A stretch of 64,000 nt of DNA from a virus (taxonomy: Duplodnaviria > Heunggongvirae > Uroviricota > Caudoviricetes), in the IMG/VR virus record IMGVR_UViG_3300042997_000183, positions 1 to 64,000 of that record. One strand, 5' to 3'. Shown here one piece after another: positions 10,370-18,635 of the stretch. The notes beneath the pieces are model-generated. The model had not been told where the DNA came from. It made no database searches and saw only the letters and a program-made list of their open reading frames with translations. Position numbers and translations under genes: made by a program. The first letter of the stretch is position 1; each line of letters begins with the position of its first letter.

Positions 10370-10615
10370 TTATTTAATTTTATTGTAATATTTATTAATT
10401 ACATCATGTTTCCATGTGCCTGTATGTCCATCTTCATCAAAAGCGTACATCATAGCATCTGTTAACATTTGTTTCTCTTCGTCAAATAGATTGTCTAAAT
10501 TCTCTAATATCCATGTATCAAAATCATTCTGATTCATTATGGATCGTTGTTTTATTATTTTACCTATAACTGTCATAACTAAATTAGTTAATAGTGTCAA
10601 TAAACTCTTGACCAC
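10370..10615 (-). CDS. Hypothetical early protein (81 aa)
   Basis: ORF only. Confidence 0.3.
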   Translation of the reverse strand: MVKSLLTLLTNLVMTVIGKIIKQRSIMNQNDFDTWILENLDNLFDEEKQMLTDAMMYAFDEDGHTGTWKHDVINKYYNKIK

Positions 10616-10772
10616 GACTAATCAAATCAATTAGAACATGTATTTCTTTTGATTTTAATACACCTTCTACATTCTCATTAGTCCAATAGTCTAAATATTT
10701 TGCTCTTGGTATTGCATGCCATAAACCTTGGTAATGGTTATAATGGAATAGATAGTCATATAGTGGATCCAT
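10584..10772 (-). CDS. Hypothetical early protein (62 aa)
   Basis: ORF overlapping its neighbour. Confidence 0.25.
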   Translation of the reverse strand: MDPLYDYLFHYNHYQGLWHAIPRAKYLDYWTNENVEGVLKSKEIHVLIDLISRGQEFIDTIN

Positions 10773-10777
10773 GGCTA

Positions 10778-10963
10778 TTATTTTTTTAGTTTTTCAACTT
10801 CACTGTCTGCTAATTCAAATGCTGATATAAGTAATTCTCTAAATTCATTACCCTCTTCTGATAGTAATACAGAAGCTAAGCCTGCTATTAATGCTGTGTT
10901 TTCTCCTTCAACATCAAGTGTCACCTTGTTGTCTGTAATGTTTATTAGTATTTTAGCTTCCAT
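10778..10963 (-). CDS. Hypothetical early protein (61 aa)
   Basis: ORF only. Confidence 0.25.
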   Translation of the reverse strand: MEAKILINITDNKVTLDVEGENTALIAGLASVLLSEEGNEFRELLISAFELADSEVEKLKK

Positions 10964-10972
10964 GTTATTTGT

Positions 10973-11209
10973 TTATTCGGTTTCATTAAATGCTTTTATT
11001 ACCTCTGGATTTGTGCTTAACTGGTCATAAATGTACTCATATCTCATATTTTGGTACTTTAATGGGACAATCTCATCATATAAACTATCTGATTTTGATT
11101 GTATTGCAGACATTTCAAGCTCTATATTATTCTTTTGCTTCATTAATAAAGCCATAAGAATAACTAATACACTTATAACTCCTGATAAGGCTATGATTAT
11201 ATTTCTCAT
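10973..11209 (-). CDS. Hypothetical single-pass membrane protein (78 aa)
   Basis: N-terminal hydrophobic helix IIIALSGVISVLVILMALLM. Confidence 0.3.
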   Translation of the reverse strand: MRNIIIALSGVISVLVILMALLMKQKNNIELEMSAIQSKSDSLYDEIVPLKYQNMRYEYIYDQLSTNPEVIKAFNETE

Positions 11210-11409
11210 AGATTATAGGTTTGGTTGTAGTATTCTTCTCCTGCTTCTCTATATCCATATACTCCATCTATATTACCATAGTAAGCATCTATTATCTGCT
11301 CTTTTTCTTTTTCTAGAAATTGAATTTTATCTTCGTCAAAATTTGTCAACTCGTTAATGTAATAAGCCTTTTCTAAATACTCAATAAATTCTTGCATTGC
11401 TGTTTGCAT
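11206..11409 (-). CDS. Hypothetical early protein (67 aa)
   Basis: ORF with a 4-nt overlap. Confidence 0.3.
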   Translation of the reverse strand: MQTAMQEFIEYLEKAYYINELTNFDEDKIQFLEKEKEQIIDAYYGNIDGVYGYREAGEEYYNQTYNL

Positions 11410-11418
11410 ATAATATGT

Positions 11419-11730
11419 TTATGCTTCAACTAATTCTGTTTGTTTCAATAACTCATCCATTGAGAACGTTATATCAGAACAGTCTTTAATTAATTCAATT
11501 AGTTTCTTTAATGCTTCCTCTGTAAATGCAAATCTATTGGCTAAGAAGTATTCATATGGTAATTCTCTGTCTGTTAGCTCTATTTCAGCTAGCTGTACAC
11601 CTAATTCCTTCTGTGGTAATACAGTGACAGTAAATATCACTGTGTATGTGTTACCCTTCTTAACCCATTTGTTTGCTGGTATTTCTTTTGGTCTACCACC
11701 ATCATTGATACATACGCATTCTACGCTCAT
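11419..11730 (-). CDS. Hypothetical early protein (103 aa)
   Basis: ORF only. Confidence 0.35.
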   Translation of the reverse strand: MSVECVCINDGGRPKEIPANKWVKKGNTYTVIFTVTVLPQKELGVQLAEIELTDRELPYEYFLANRFAFTEEALKKLIELIKDCSDITFSMDELLKQTELVEA

Positions 11731-11797
11731 ATTAGTCTATTTAATGTTAAAAATAAGCCCCATGTACAAAGATAGTACACAGGGCTCATTGTTTTAC

Positions 11798-12001
11798 TTA
11801 CTGCCCAACATTTTTTTTGCGTACAACCTTACCCATAAATACAAATGTATTATCTTTGGGAACAACTCTACGTTGTTTTGATGCAGCTATAATAGCATCA
11901 ATAAGCTTTGTAGCATTCCAGTTTGTACTATTGGCATAATACACTGTAATGTGATTTCTTGGATGTAGTCTTGATGAATAGACTAATGTAGCGTTTGGCA
12001 T
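11798..12001 (-). CDS. Hypothetical protein (67 aa)
   Basis: ORF only. Confidence 0.25.
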   Translation of the reverse strand: MPNATLVYSSRLHPRNHITVYYANSTNWNATKLIDAIIAASKQRRVVPKDNTFVFMGKVVRKKNVGQ

Positions 12002-12019
12002 ATGTATGGTTTTTGATGA

Positions 12020-12319
12020 CTAGAAATAAAGTCTAACGTGATCTTGGAACACCTCTGTCTTCTTTGGTGTGAAGTTTAATACAAAATCTTTTGTTGTCTT
12101 AACAGCTGGTTTTGCTGGCTGTGCAACAATTGGAGCTGTTGTTGTAGCAACAGGTTTGTACATTTTACGGAACTTTCTCACCTGGATGTAAACACCAGTT
12201 TCTGAGCGTTTTAACTCCTTAGCTACTCTTCTAGCTATTCTTTTAGCTGTACCTCTTGATTGAGAAGCTGTTTCAATTAATTGAAGTTCTGTCTGTGTGT
12301 AATTCTTACGATTTTTCAT
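12020..12319 (-). CDS. Basic, possibly DNA-binding small protein (99 aa)
   Basis: Lys/Arg-rich with a helix-turn-helix-like segment TQTELQLIETASQSRGTAKRIARRVAKEL. A hairpin terminator lies immediately upstream on the minus strand. Confidence 0.3.
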   Translation of the reverse strand: MKNRKNYTQTELQLIETASQSRGTAKRIARRVAKELKRSETGVYIQVRKFRKMYKPVATTTAPIVAQPAKPAVKTTKDFVLNFTPKKTEVFQDHVRLYF

Positions 12320-12360
12320 TTGTTTGTTTTTTATAATAAGTAAATAAGTGACAATAAATA

Positions 12361-12394
12361 AAAAAGGCCCTCAAACTTAATTGAGAGCCTTTTT
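12361..12394 (-). terminator. Bidirectional hairpin terminator inside the minus-strand early array
   Basis: GGCCCTCAA-ACTTAA-TTGAGAGCC (9-bp stem, one mismatch) flanked by AAAAA on one side and TTTTT on the other. Confidence 0.5.
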
Positions 12395-12408
12395 ACCACC
12401 ACATAACA

Positions 12409-12594
12409 CTAACCAAGATGGACCGCAGAGCGATCCCAAAGCATTCCAACATTGTGGTCATTACACCATTTAATAAATTCAGGGTCATTAAATGTCATTT
12501 CCCTTTCTTTCTCAACGTTAAATTTGATTTTAATCTTAGGTGGCTGTTCTTGGTTTTTAACCACCTGTGATAATAAGTTTAGTAATTCTTGCAT
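12409..12594 (-). CDS. Hypothetical protein (61 aa)
   Basis: ORF followed on the minus strand by a hairpin with a U-tract. Confidence 0.3.
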   Translation of the reverse strand: MQELLNLLSQVVKNQEQPPKIKIKFNVEKEREMTFNDPEFIKWCNDHNVGMLWDRSAVHLG

Positions 12595-12619
12595 GTTTGT
12601 GTGTGTTGGTTAATAAATG

Positions 12620-13162
12620 TTATTCTGTGTTGTGATCCTCAGCATCCCATACATCATCATCTCCATCATCTAGATAATCCTCATCATCATCCCAATCTTC
12701 ATCATCATCGTGATCTATTGTATGTACATCTCTGAGAGTCACCTTATCATTGTATAATATTGGAATTGGTGTACCATCTTCATCTTCCTCATCATCAAAC
12801 ACCTCTATTTGTACCATTGAATTGTCCCACTCCAATATATTGTTGATATCTTTCACTGTTATATCCCTTAATTCATCCACGTGATCACCTTCATCCCACC
12901 AACCTATTTCTTCTGGATAGGCTGCAATCACCTCTGTATCATCAGGATTAATCATTGGATATACAAGATATGGCTTAACAGGATAGCCATTGTATGTGAG
13001 ATATGTATCTATATCCCTTGGAACTAATGCTAGTTCATGTACGGAGAGATATTCTTGTTTCTCTCCGTATATAACTTCTGTTTTAACTCTTACGAACCAC
13101 ATGCCCTTCTCTAATTTCTCAGGTACATATGATTTAAGTACGAGCTTGCAATCTATAAACAT
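12620..13162 (-). CDS. Highly acidic protein (180 aa), possible DNA mimic
   Basis: The C-terminal 70 aa are mostly Asp/Glu: DDEEDEDG...HDDDEDWDDDEDYLDDGDDDVWDAEDH. Confidence 0.45.
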   Translation of the reverse strand: MFIDCKLVLKSYVPEKLEKGMWFVRVKTEVIYGEKQEYLSVHELALVPRDIDTYLTYNGYPVKPYLVYPMINPDDTEVIAAYPEEIGWWDEGDHVDELRDITVKDINNILEWDNSMVQIEVFDDEEDEDGTPIPILYNDKVTLRDVHTIDHDDDEDWDDDEDYLDDGDDDVWDAEDHNTE

Positions 13163-13183
13163 AATATAATAGTTTAATATGAA

Positions 13184-13215
13184 AGAAAGTCTAGGTTTAA
13201 TAGCCTAGACTTTCT
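13184..13215. promoter_or_regulatory. Perfect 12-bp inverted repeat (AGAAAGTCTAGG / CCTAGACTTTCT) with an 8-nt loop
   Basis: Seen directly in the sequence. Lies upstream of the start of the acidic-protein gene on the minus strand. Confidence 0.45.
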
Positions 13216-13348
13216 AATTGTTTTATATCAGCTCTAATAAAGACTGTTTGTTTCTTAATAAGCTCAATGACATAGTTAAATGTAGCAATCTTTTTGAATG
13301 TATCCCATTCTCTTGGTGTTAATTGTACTGTTTTCATGTATATGTGTA

Positions 13349-13663
13349 TTATTGTCTGTGATAAAATGCTTTAACTGATTGTTGTTTGAAGAAATAGTTC
13401 TTATCATTTGTAGGACATGAATGCTTACTAGAAGCACAAGAGCCTAATGATAGCATTACAGCTACAAATATAAATGTTTTAATTCCTTTCCAGAAATCTA
13501 ATTCTTGTCTAAGCTCCTTAATAATAAGGAACAACAGACATATAATAGCTGTAAGGATAAAAATAACACCTAACATTACATGTGATTGTGTTGGTGCTGT
13601 AAGTAATAGATAACCACCTGATGTTGAGGTGATTACAGATAATGATGCGAATAAAATTTTCAT
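13349..13663 (-). CDS. Membrane protein (104 aa, 2-3 TM helices)
   Basis: Hydrophobic segments ILFASLSVITSTSGGYLLL, VMLGVIFILTAIICLLFLII and TFIFVAVMLSLGSCAS. Confidence 0.4.
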   Translation of the reverse strand: MKILFASLSVITSTSGGYLLLTAPTQSHVMLGVIFILTAIICLLFLIIKELRQELDFWKGIKTFIFVAVMLSLGSCASSKHSCPTNDKNYFFKQQSVKAFYHRQ

Positions 13664-13696
13664 TTGATTGTGTTTAAGTGTTTGATTAATAATGTG

Positions 13697-13894
13697 TTAT
13701 CTATTGTCCTCTATAATAAGACTATCTAATGCAGGAACAGATGAAGAAGCTAATGAGCCAACATATCTATCTCCATCAAATATGTAAATAGAATCAGCAT
13801 CAACTGTCATCTGATATCCATTAGTAGAAGGACGAGAACTAATTTTACAACCAACAATAGTGGTTATAAGAAGGAATAATGTAATCTTTCTCAT
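13697..13894 (-). CDS. Putative lipoprotein (65 aa)
   Basis: Signal peptide with a lipobox-like LLITTIVGC. Confidence 0.4.
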   Translation of the reverse strand: MRKITLFLLITTIVGCKISSRPSTNGYQMTVDADSIYIFDGDRYVGSLASSSVPALDSLIIEDNR

Positions 13895-14118
13895 GTGTTT
13901 GATGATTTAGTATTTAAGGATGAAGCTAGCCCCAATATTAATGGTAATCCAAAGGTTAATCCATAGAATATCCAAGTGGCAGCTATTGTGTTAGTAATAT
14001 TCAGATCAATTGGACCTGAATGAAATAACATAACACCTACTAATAATACTATCCAGATGAGCCAGATTATAACTAATGTTTTTTTGATTGTAAGTAGGAT
14101 TGATTTAATTATCTTCAT
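13891..14118 (-). CDS. Membrane protein (75 aa, 2-3 TM helices)
   Basis: Hydrophobic throughout. 4-nt overlap with the lipoprotein ORF. Confidence 0.4.
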   Translation of the reverse strand: MKIIKSILLTIKKTLVIIWLIWIVLLVGVMLFHSGPIDLNITNTIAATWIFYGLTFGLPLILGLASSLNTKSSNT

Positions 14119-14202
14119 ATAATTGTTATTTAATATGTGAATGAAAAAACATATCCTTTACCTTTTGTCCGTAGAAGGCTAATCCAAAAGGATATGTGTT
14201 TG

Positions 14203-14745
14203 TTATATTACAACTGCATCTGATGTATCAATTCTCCTGAATAGATTGTGAACGTTCTTATCACTTTCAAGAGTGCGTACATATATGTATTTGTACTCAT
14301 CAGTGTTTAATTCAGCAACAGCTGAGAATGCATCTTCCCAATCATAACGACCATATCTTAATGCAACACAGTTCAGATCAGTATAATCTGTAATATGTCC
14401 ATCAGCGTTAGAAGGAAACACCATTGTTTCTTCCATCATCTGGCTTGTAGAAGCAATAACATACTCTGTGCTGATTTCAGGCTCATTATAATCCTGTTCA
14501 TCATACTCCTGATTTATCTTATCATTATAATCATCCCAAGGAAAATATGCATCAGGAGATAAGAATGAAGCATCATAGTCTTTCCACTCCCAACAATCAT
14601 TCTCCATATAAGGAGTTTTGATTGTATTAGAATAAAGACTAACAACAATGATGTCTTCACCATTGGTTAATTGTTCATTGAGATTAGGCCAATCTCCAAA
14701 ATGTGTTGTTGTTTGGTTAGTTGTTCTGTTGATAATGTAATACAT
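14203..14745 (-). CDS. Hypothetical acidic/aromatic protein (180 aa)
   Basis: ORF rich in W/Y/D/E with no recognised motif. First gene downstream of the 800-bp ORF-free region on the minus strand. Confidence 0.4.
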   Translation of the reverse strand: MYYIINRTTNQTTTHFGDWPNLNEQLTNGEDIIVVSLYSNTIKTPYMENDCWEWKDYDASFLSPDAYFPWDDYNDKINQEYDEQDYNEPEISTEYVIASTSQMMEETMVFPSNADGHITDYTDLNCVALRYGRYDWEDAFSAVAELNTDEYKYIYVRTLESDKNVHNLFRRIDTSDAVVI

Positions 14746-15543
14746 ATGTTTGTTTTTTAGTGTATGTGTGTGTAAAAAGCGAATATACAGCCATATGTTG
14801 CCTAAGCTTGTATATTCTGTTGTATGTCATAATGCAACATGTTTCTTTCATAAAGCAGTCTTAATTTATTACACGCAAGCCACTAGCGTGAGCAATAAGA
14901 ACCTATCTAGTATAGGAAACCAGTAGTCTAAGCTGGCATATTACCGTTGTGAATGATAACTAGAATAAAATCCCTCTGTACTCAGATGTATATAGTAAAC
15001 AAAATCTAATATATGGAGTTACATAGATCTATATACATCTGTCAGCCCTTGGGAAGCTGAAATGGTACATTAATACGTTCTGTTAACCCACAGTCCGTTC
15101 AACAAGGGATTTCTAACAACCGCTAGAAACAAATGAGCCCTGTTACAGGCTCTTATAATTAGTAAAGTCTTCTAATGATAAACATCTATGTTGTCTGATA
15201 TCACCTGAATCAAACCAACAATCTACATTACCATTAGAGTGAATAGTATGTTTAACTAGTGTAGAACCTTCTAATAGATAATACTTGCTAATAATGCTAT
15301 TATTCATGTTATTTGTATTTAATGCTATATGTATTGTATTATGTTTTACATATAACGGTTTGTAAAAATGTGCTATTTATCCATGAGTGGTTACACAGCT
15401 TCTCACATATATTCATAGAATATATTGTAAATCAGTGTGTTATGTCTTTGTTTTCCCCACCCTAATGCATTCTATGCCCACCCATATATATAAAGAACAA
15501 CAAACTCTCATTAGTTGAGAGTCTGTTGTCCATTATGAATGGC

Positions 15544-15936
15544 TTATGCCATTTGAAGAAGTGTGTTAACACTCTCTTCATTGAGACCAGCAGCTGTTGC
15601 CATCTCTTTGCGAGCTTTTGCAGCATCCAAGCTTAATGCGAAGTCTGCATTAACAGCAGCTGTTAACTCGGCAGAAGTCTTGAACAAGCTTAATGCTTGC
15701 AATCTGTCAACCACCACATCTGTGATGTCTCCATTAGCATCGCGAGTTTGGATTGGCTTGTTAGCAATCAATGCGTAGAATGGGAACTTAACATCATCAG
15801 CTGTAACAAAGCCTACTGATTCCATCTGTGACTTGTGGATGAAGATTCTTTCACCACCAGCATTGTAGCCAGAGAAATTACCTTTTGAATCTGTTCCTGT
15901 TGAGAACTTGCCTGATAAGATTTGAGTTTGTCTCAC
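15544..15936 (-). CDS. Hypothetical protein (130 aa)
   Basis: Isolated minus-strand ORF between two non-coding regions. Ala-rich C-terminus. Confidence 0.4.
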   Translation of the reverse strand: MRQTQILSGKFSTGTDSKGNFSGYNAGGERIFIHKSQMESVGFVTADDVKFPFYALIANKPIQTRDANGDITDVVVDRLQALSLFKTSAELTAAVNADFALSLDAAKARKEMATAAGLNEESVNTLLQMA

Positions 15937-16111
15937 GGTGTTTGTTGCAGTGTTTAATGTGTCGCAAGCACTTTTGATTATAAATTAAGCAGGGGATAGT
16001 GTCAACCTGCCAATCTGTACACGGGGTTGCAATATGAAGTACCCTCTTCCCCCATATATACAAGACATCCCTAGCTTTAGAAAAATTTTTTTATCTCACC
16101 AGAATGACGTA

Positions 16112-16119
16112 TATTTGTA
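16112..16119 (+). promoter_or_regulatory. Bacteroidota-type -7 promoter box (TATATTTG)
   Basis: Matches TAnnTTTG about 20 nt upstream of the ATG at 16139. Confidence 0.35.
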
Positions 16120-16138
16120 TTAAATAAAAATGTAATAT

Positions 16139-16357
16139 ATGTATGGCATGATGCTACAGCTCAATCCAACAATTCCTGTTTGGTGTAAAGCACATGGGGA
16201 AGGGGAGGCTATGTTTATTATGGACTATGGGCTAAACGTGAATACGGTCTGGCTGGTTAGGTTACCTGGAGGGGTTATTAAACATTTCTATTCTGATGAT
16301 ATTAGGGTGTATGACAATCCCATGAATGGTAAGGGGGATGATGTGGAGTTTATTTAG
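16139..16357 (+). CDS. Hypothetical protein (72 aa), first plus-strand gene
   Basis: ORF preceded by a TAnnTTTG -7-like box (TATATTTG, about 16112-16119). Confidence 0.35.
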   Translation: MYGMMLQLNPTIPVWCKAHGEGEAMFIMDYGLNVNTVWLVRLPGGVIKHFYSDDIRVYDNPMNGKGDDVEFI

Positions 16358-16367
16358 CCTCCTGGTT

Positions 16368-16430
16368 TGTCACACTTTTTCAAATATTTGTGACACTCTT
16401 GTAACAAATTTATATACTTATTTGTTACAG
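16368..16430. promoter_or_regulatory. Operator-like palindromes at the strand-switch region
   Basis: TGTCACAC...TGTGACAC and TTGTAACAAAT...ATTTGTTACAG inverted repeats within 60 bp. Confidence 0.45.
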
Positions 16431-16760
16431 ACTTCCTAGTTTGGCTGTGTTTTACTTCCTGATTTGGCAAGTTATAACAAGTCTATATTCTGCCAAAAGT
16501 GTCAAGTTATAGCTTTACTTATTTTACGTTTTGTAAAGGAATAGCTTTACATAATGTGTCTTATAAGGGACATGCTCAGCTTGACAATGTTGCTTTTATA
16601 ACACATTATGATATGTTATGGCATATAGTGATGGATATTTCCAACAGATTATATGTATTATAATATAGTGCTGTACCAGAATTATAACATCTTGCTATAG
16701 AAGTTATCCACAATTTTAAAATAAATTTGTTAATATGAATTCCCTCCCCTTACCTTTGGG

Positions 16761-17030
16761 GTGGAGGGTGGGTTAAAAACAAACAACATGATATATATAA
16801 TAGTAACACTACTGATTGTTATTTCCTTAATACATGGTTTTTCCAGGTATAACGAAATAGATTTTGCATTAGAGATTAACCTGTTAATGACTCCTTATTT
16901 CCTTCTAGGCTTATCGTATACAGAGTTTGTCCTAGAAGATAAGAATGTAGAGAGAGAATTACGTATAGGTTTCTTTTTCATAAACATTAGTATTCTGTTC
17001 TGGATAGAGAAAGAAGGAAATGATGCATAA
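16761..17030 (+). CDS. Small membrane protein
   Basis: Two hydrophobic helices. The true start is probably the internal ATG at 16788 (MIYIIVTLL...), because a TACCTTTG promoter box overlaps 16754-16761. Confidence 0.35.
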   Translation: MEGGLKTNNMIYIIVTLLIVISLIHGFSRYNEIDFALEINLLMTPYFLLGLSYTEFVLEDKNVERELRIGFFFINISILFWIEKEGNDA

Positions 17031-17089
17031 TATAGCATTAGGTGTTATAAATAACTAATTAAGTTATTTGTAGATGATTGTAAATCAAT

Positions 17090-17097
17090 TACCTTTG
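17090..17097 (+). promoter_or_regulatory. Bacteroidota-type -7 promoter box (TACCTTTG)
   Basis: TAnnTTTG 13 nt upstream of the ATG at 17110. An identical TACCTTTG box lies at 16754-16761. Confidence 0.4.
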
Positions 17098-17109
17098 CCC
17101 TAATTAAAT

Positions 17110-17472
17110 ATGGAACAACCAACAACCAAGAAGACAATAGTTCAGAAACTAAAGAAGCCTGTAGAGGATCAATTCGCTATAGCTGAGAAGTATTATTCCC
17201 TATTGTCATCATTGAATGGGTTGAAGCTTACACAGAGGGAGATACAGCTCGTGGCATTTACAGCCATAAAGGGTAACATCTCCTATGCCAACATCAGAAC
17301 AGAGTTCTGTGAGAAGTATGACAGTACAGCTCCTACAATAAACAACATCATCTCCAAGCTTAAGAAGCTAGGGGTGTTTGTTAAGGACGGAACCAAGGTG
17401 AAGGTGAACCCAATGATTATCCTCAACTTCGAGAACGATATAGTCTTACAAATAACCCTTAGTCATGGATAA
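17110..17472 (+). CDS. Putative winged-helix transcriptional regulator (120 aa)
   Basis: LTQREIQLVAFTAIKG...TINNIISKLKKLGVFVKDG resembles a MarR/PadR-type wHTH. Preceded by a TACCTTTG -7 box at 17090-17097. Confidence 0.35.
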   Translation: MEQPTTKKTIVQKLKKPVEDQFAIAEKYYSLLSSLNGLKLTQREIQLVAFTAIKGNISYANIRTEFCEKYDSTAPTINNIISKLKKLGVFVKDGTKVKVNPMIILNFENDIVLQITLSHG

Positions 17473-17815
17473 GCCAATAAGCATGTCCGTCAAGGACTAT
17501 TTGATTAGGATGCTAGCTGTTAAGATGCTTACGAGTGAGAAGACAATTGAGGCTGTTGTCAACCATCAGTTCCAATCCGCTAACGAGGCTCTTGAAACCA
17601 ACCACAGTGTAGAGATATCTGGGTTTGGTAAGTTACTCTTTAACAACAAAAAGGCCATTAAGAAGCTAGAAGCCTTATATGCTAAGGTGGGAGCCATGGA
17701 AAAAATACTGGCTGATGACACAATTACAGAGCAGAGAAGAAATGCTGCTACAGTGACATTAGCCAATACACATATAACAATCAATCAATTAAAACCAAAG
17801 CTCAGATATGATTGA
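17465..17815 (+). CDS. HU/IHF-like DNA-binding protein (divergent)
   Basis: TSEKTIEAVVNHQFQSANEALETNHSVEISGFGKLLFNNKKA is similar to the HU alpha-helical dimerisation region plus the GFGxF beta-arm start. The canonical RNP motif is absent. Confidence 0.35.
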   Translation: MDKPISMSVKDYLIRMLAVKMLTSEKTIEAVVNHQFQSANEALETNHSVEISGFGKLLFNNKKAIKKLEALYAKVGAMEKILADDTITEQRRNAATVTLANTHITINQLKPKLRYD

Positions 17816-18101
17816 TCTATCCAAGGTTTATGAAGGATGGAGAAACAAGCTGTTTCCTCCAGCTAAAATGAAAGCTTTAATCGCTAATGTTAGTGAGGAA
17901 AGAATGGCTATATGTAATGCCTGTGAGAACATATCCACAAAACATAAGTCTATTAGACCAGATGTACATTGTATAGATTGTGGATGTACACTATCAGCCA
18001 AAACAAGTTGTCTGTCATGTGCTTGCCCTATTGGTAAGTGGAAAGAGATGATGACAGACGATGAATATGATGAAATAAAACAAGCTATCGATGGAAAATA
18101 A
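17808..18101 (+). CDS. Cys-rich zinc-finger-like protein (97 aa)
   Basis: CNACEN...HCIDCGC...CLSCAC. Confidence 0.35.
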   Translation: MIDLSKVYEGWRNKLFPPAKMKALIANVSEERMAICNACENISTKHKSIRPDVHCIDCGCTLSAKTSCLSCACPIGKWKEMMTDDEYDEIKQAIDGK

Positions 18102-18339
18102 CCATGATGTTATATTAAGAAAGATTCCTTTATCAGTCTTATTGGACCACCTAACAGAAATATACAATTCTGGTGTGGATTACATTGACATCCTTGGTGT
18201 TAATGGGGAAGAACAGGATAAGATAGGTATTTCCTTTAACTCATCATACATGTCTCCTGAGGAAGATACAAATCTAAACCCAGACGAGTCACAAATAAAC
18301 ATAAAACTGTCCGATGAGGACTTAAACCAATTATTATAA
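18091..18339 (+). CDS. Hypothetical protein (82 aa)
   Basis: ORF only. Confidence 0.3.
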   Translation: MENNHDVILRKIPLSVLLDHLTEIYNSGVDYIDILGVNGEEQDKIGISFNSSYMSPEEDTNLNPDESQINIKLSDEDLNQLL

Positions 18340-18344
18340 ATACA

Positions 18345-18635
18345 GTGAGTAAGAAGAATTATTACAATAGTGTAATTCATACCCTTCAAGAACTACATAA
18401 GGGATTCCCAGAGTATAACATGGGAAGACACATAGCCACAGCTCTTGATGAATATGGAGATATATGGGGAATGACAGACAAAGAGCTAGCATTTGCCATG
18501 GATAAATATAAAACAAAGCTTGAAATGGATATTCCCCATACAGATGAGTCTGAGCTTGATAAGATTATCAAGGAGGGAATGGATTTAGACAATATTCTAA
18601 AAGAAGAAGACGAAGATTATGGCGACAACTATTAA
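18345..18635 (+). CDS. Hypothetical acidic protein (96 aa)
   Basis: ORF only. Confidence 0.3.
   Translation: MSKKNYYNSVIHTLQELHKGFPEYNMGRHIATALDEYGDIWGMTDKELAFAMDKYKTKLEMDIPHTDESELDKIIKEGMDLDNILKEEDEDYGDNY

Noticed and set aside
15878-16063. 61-aa minus-strand ORF overlapping the 5' end of 15544-15936
   Set aside because: It overlaps a better ORF and lies across the CCCATATATA motif and promoter-like sequence. This region is more likely regulatory.
14746-16760. Possible tRNA genes in the two ORF-poor intervals
   Set aside because: I scanned for GTTCRANYC T-arm-like motifs with flanking 5-bp stems and for cloverleaf spacing and found none convincing. tRNAscan-SE was not run, so this is not definitive.
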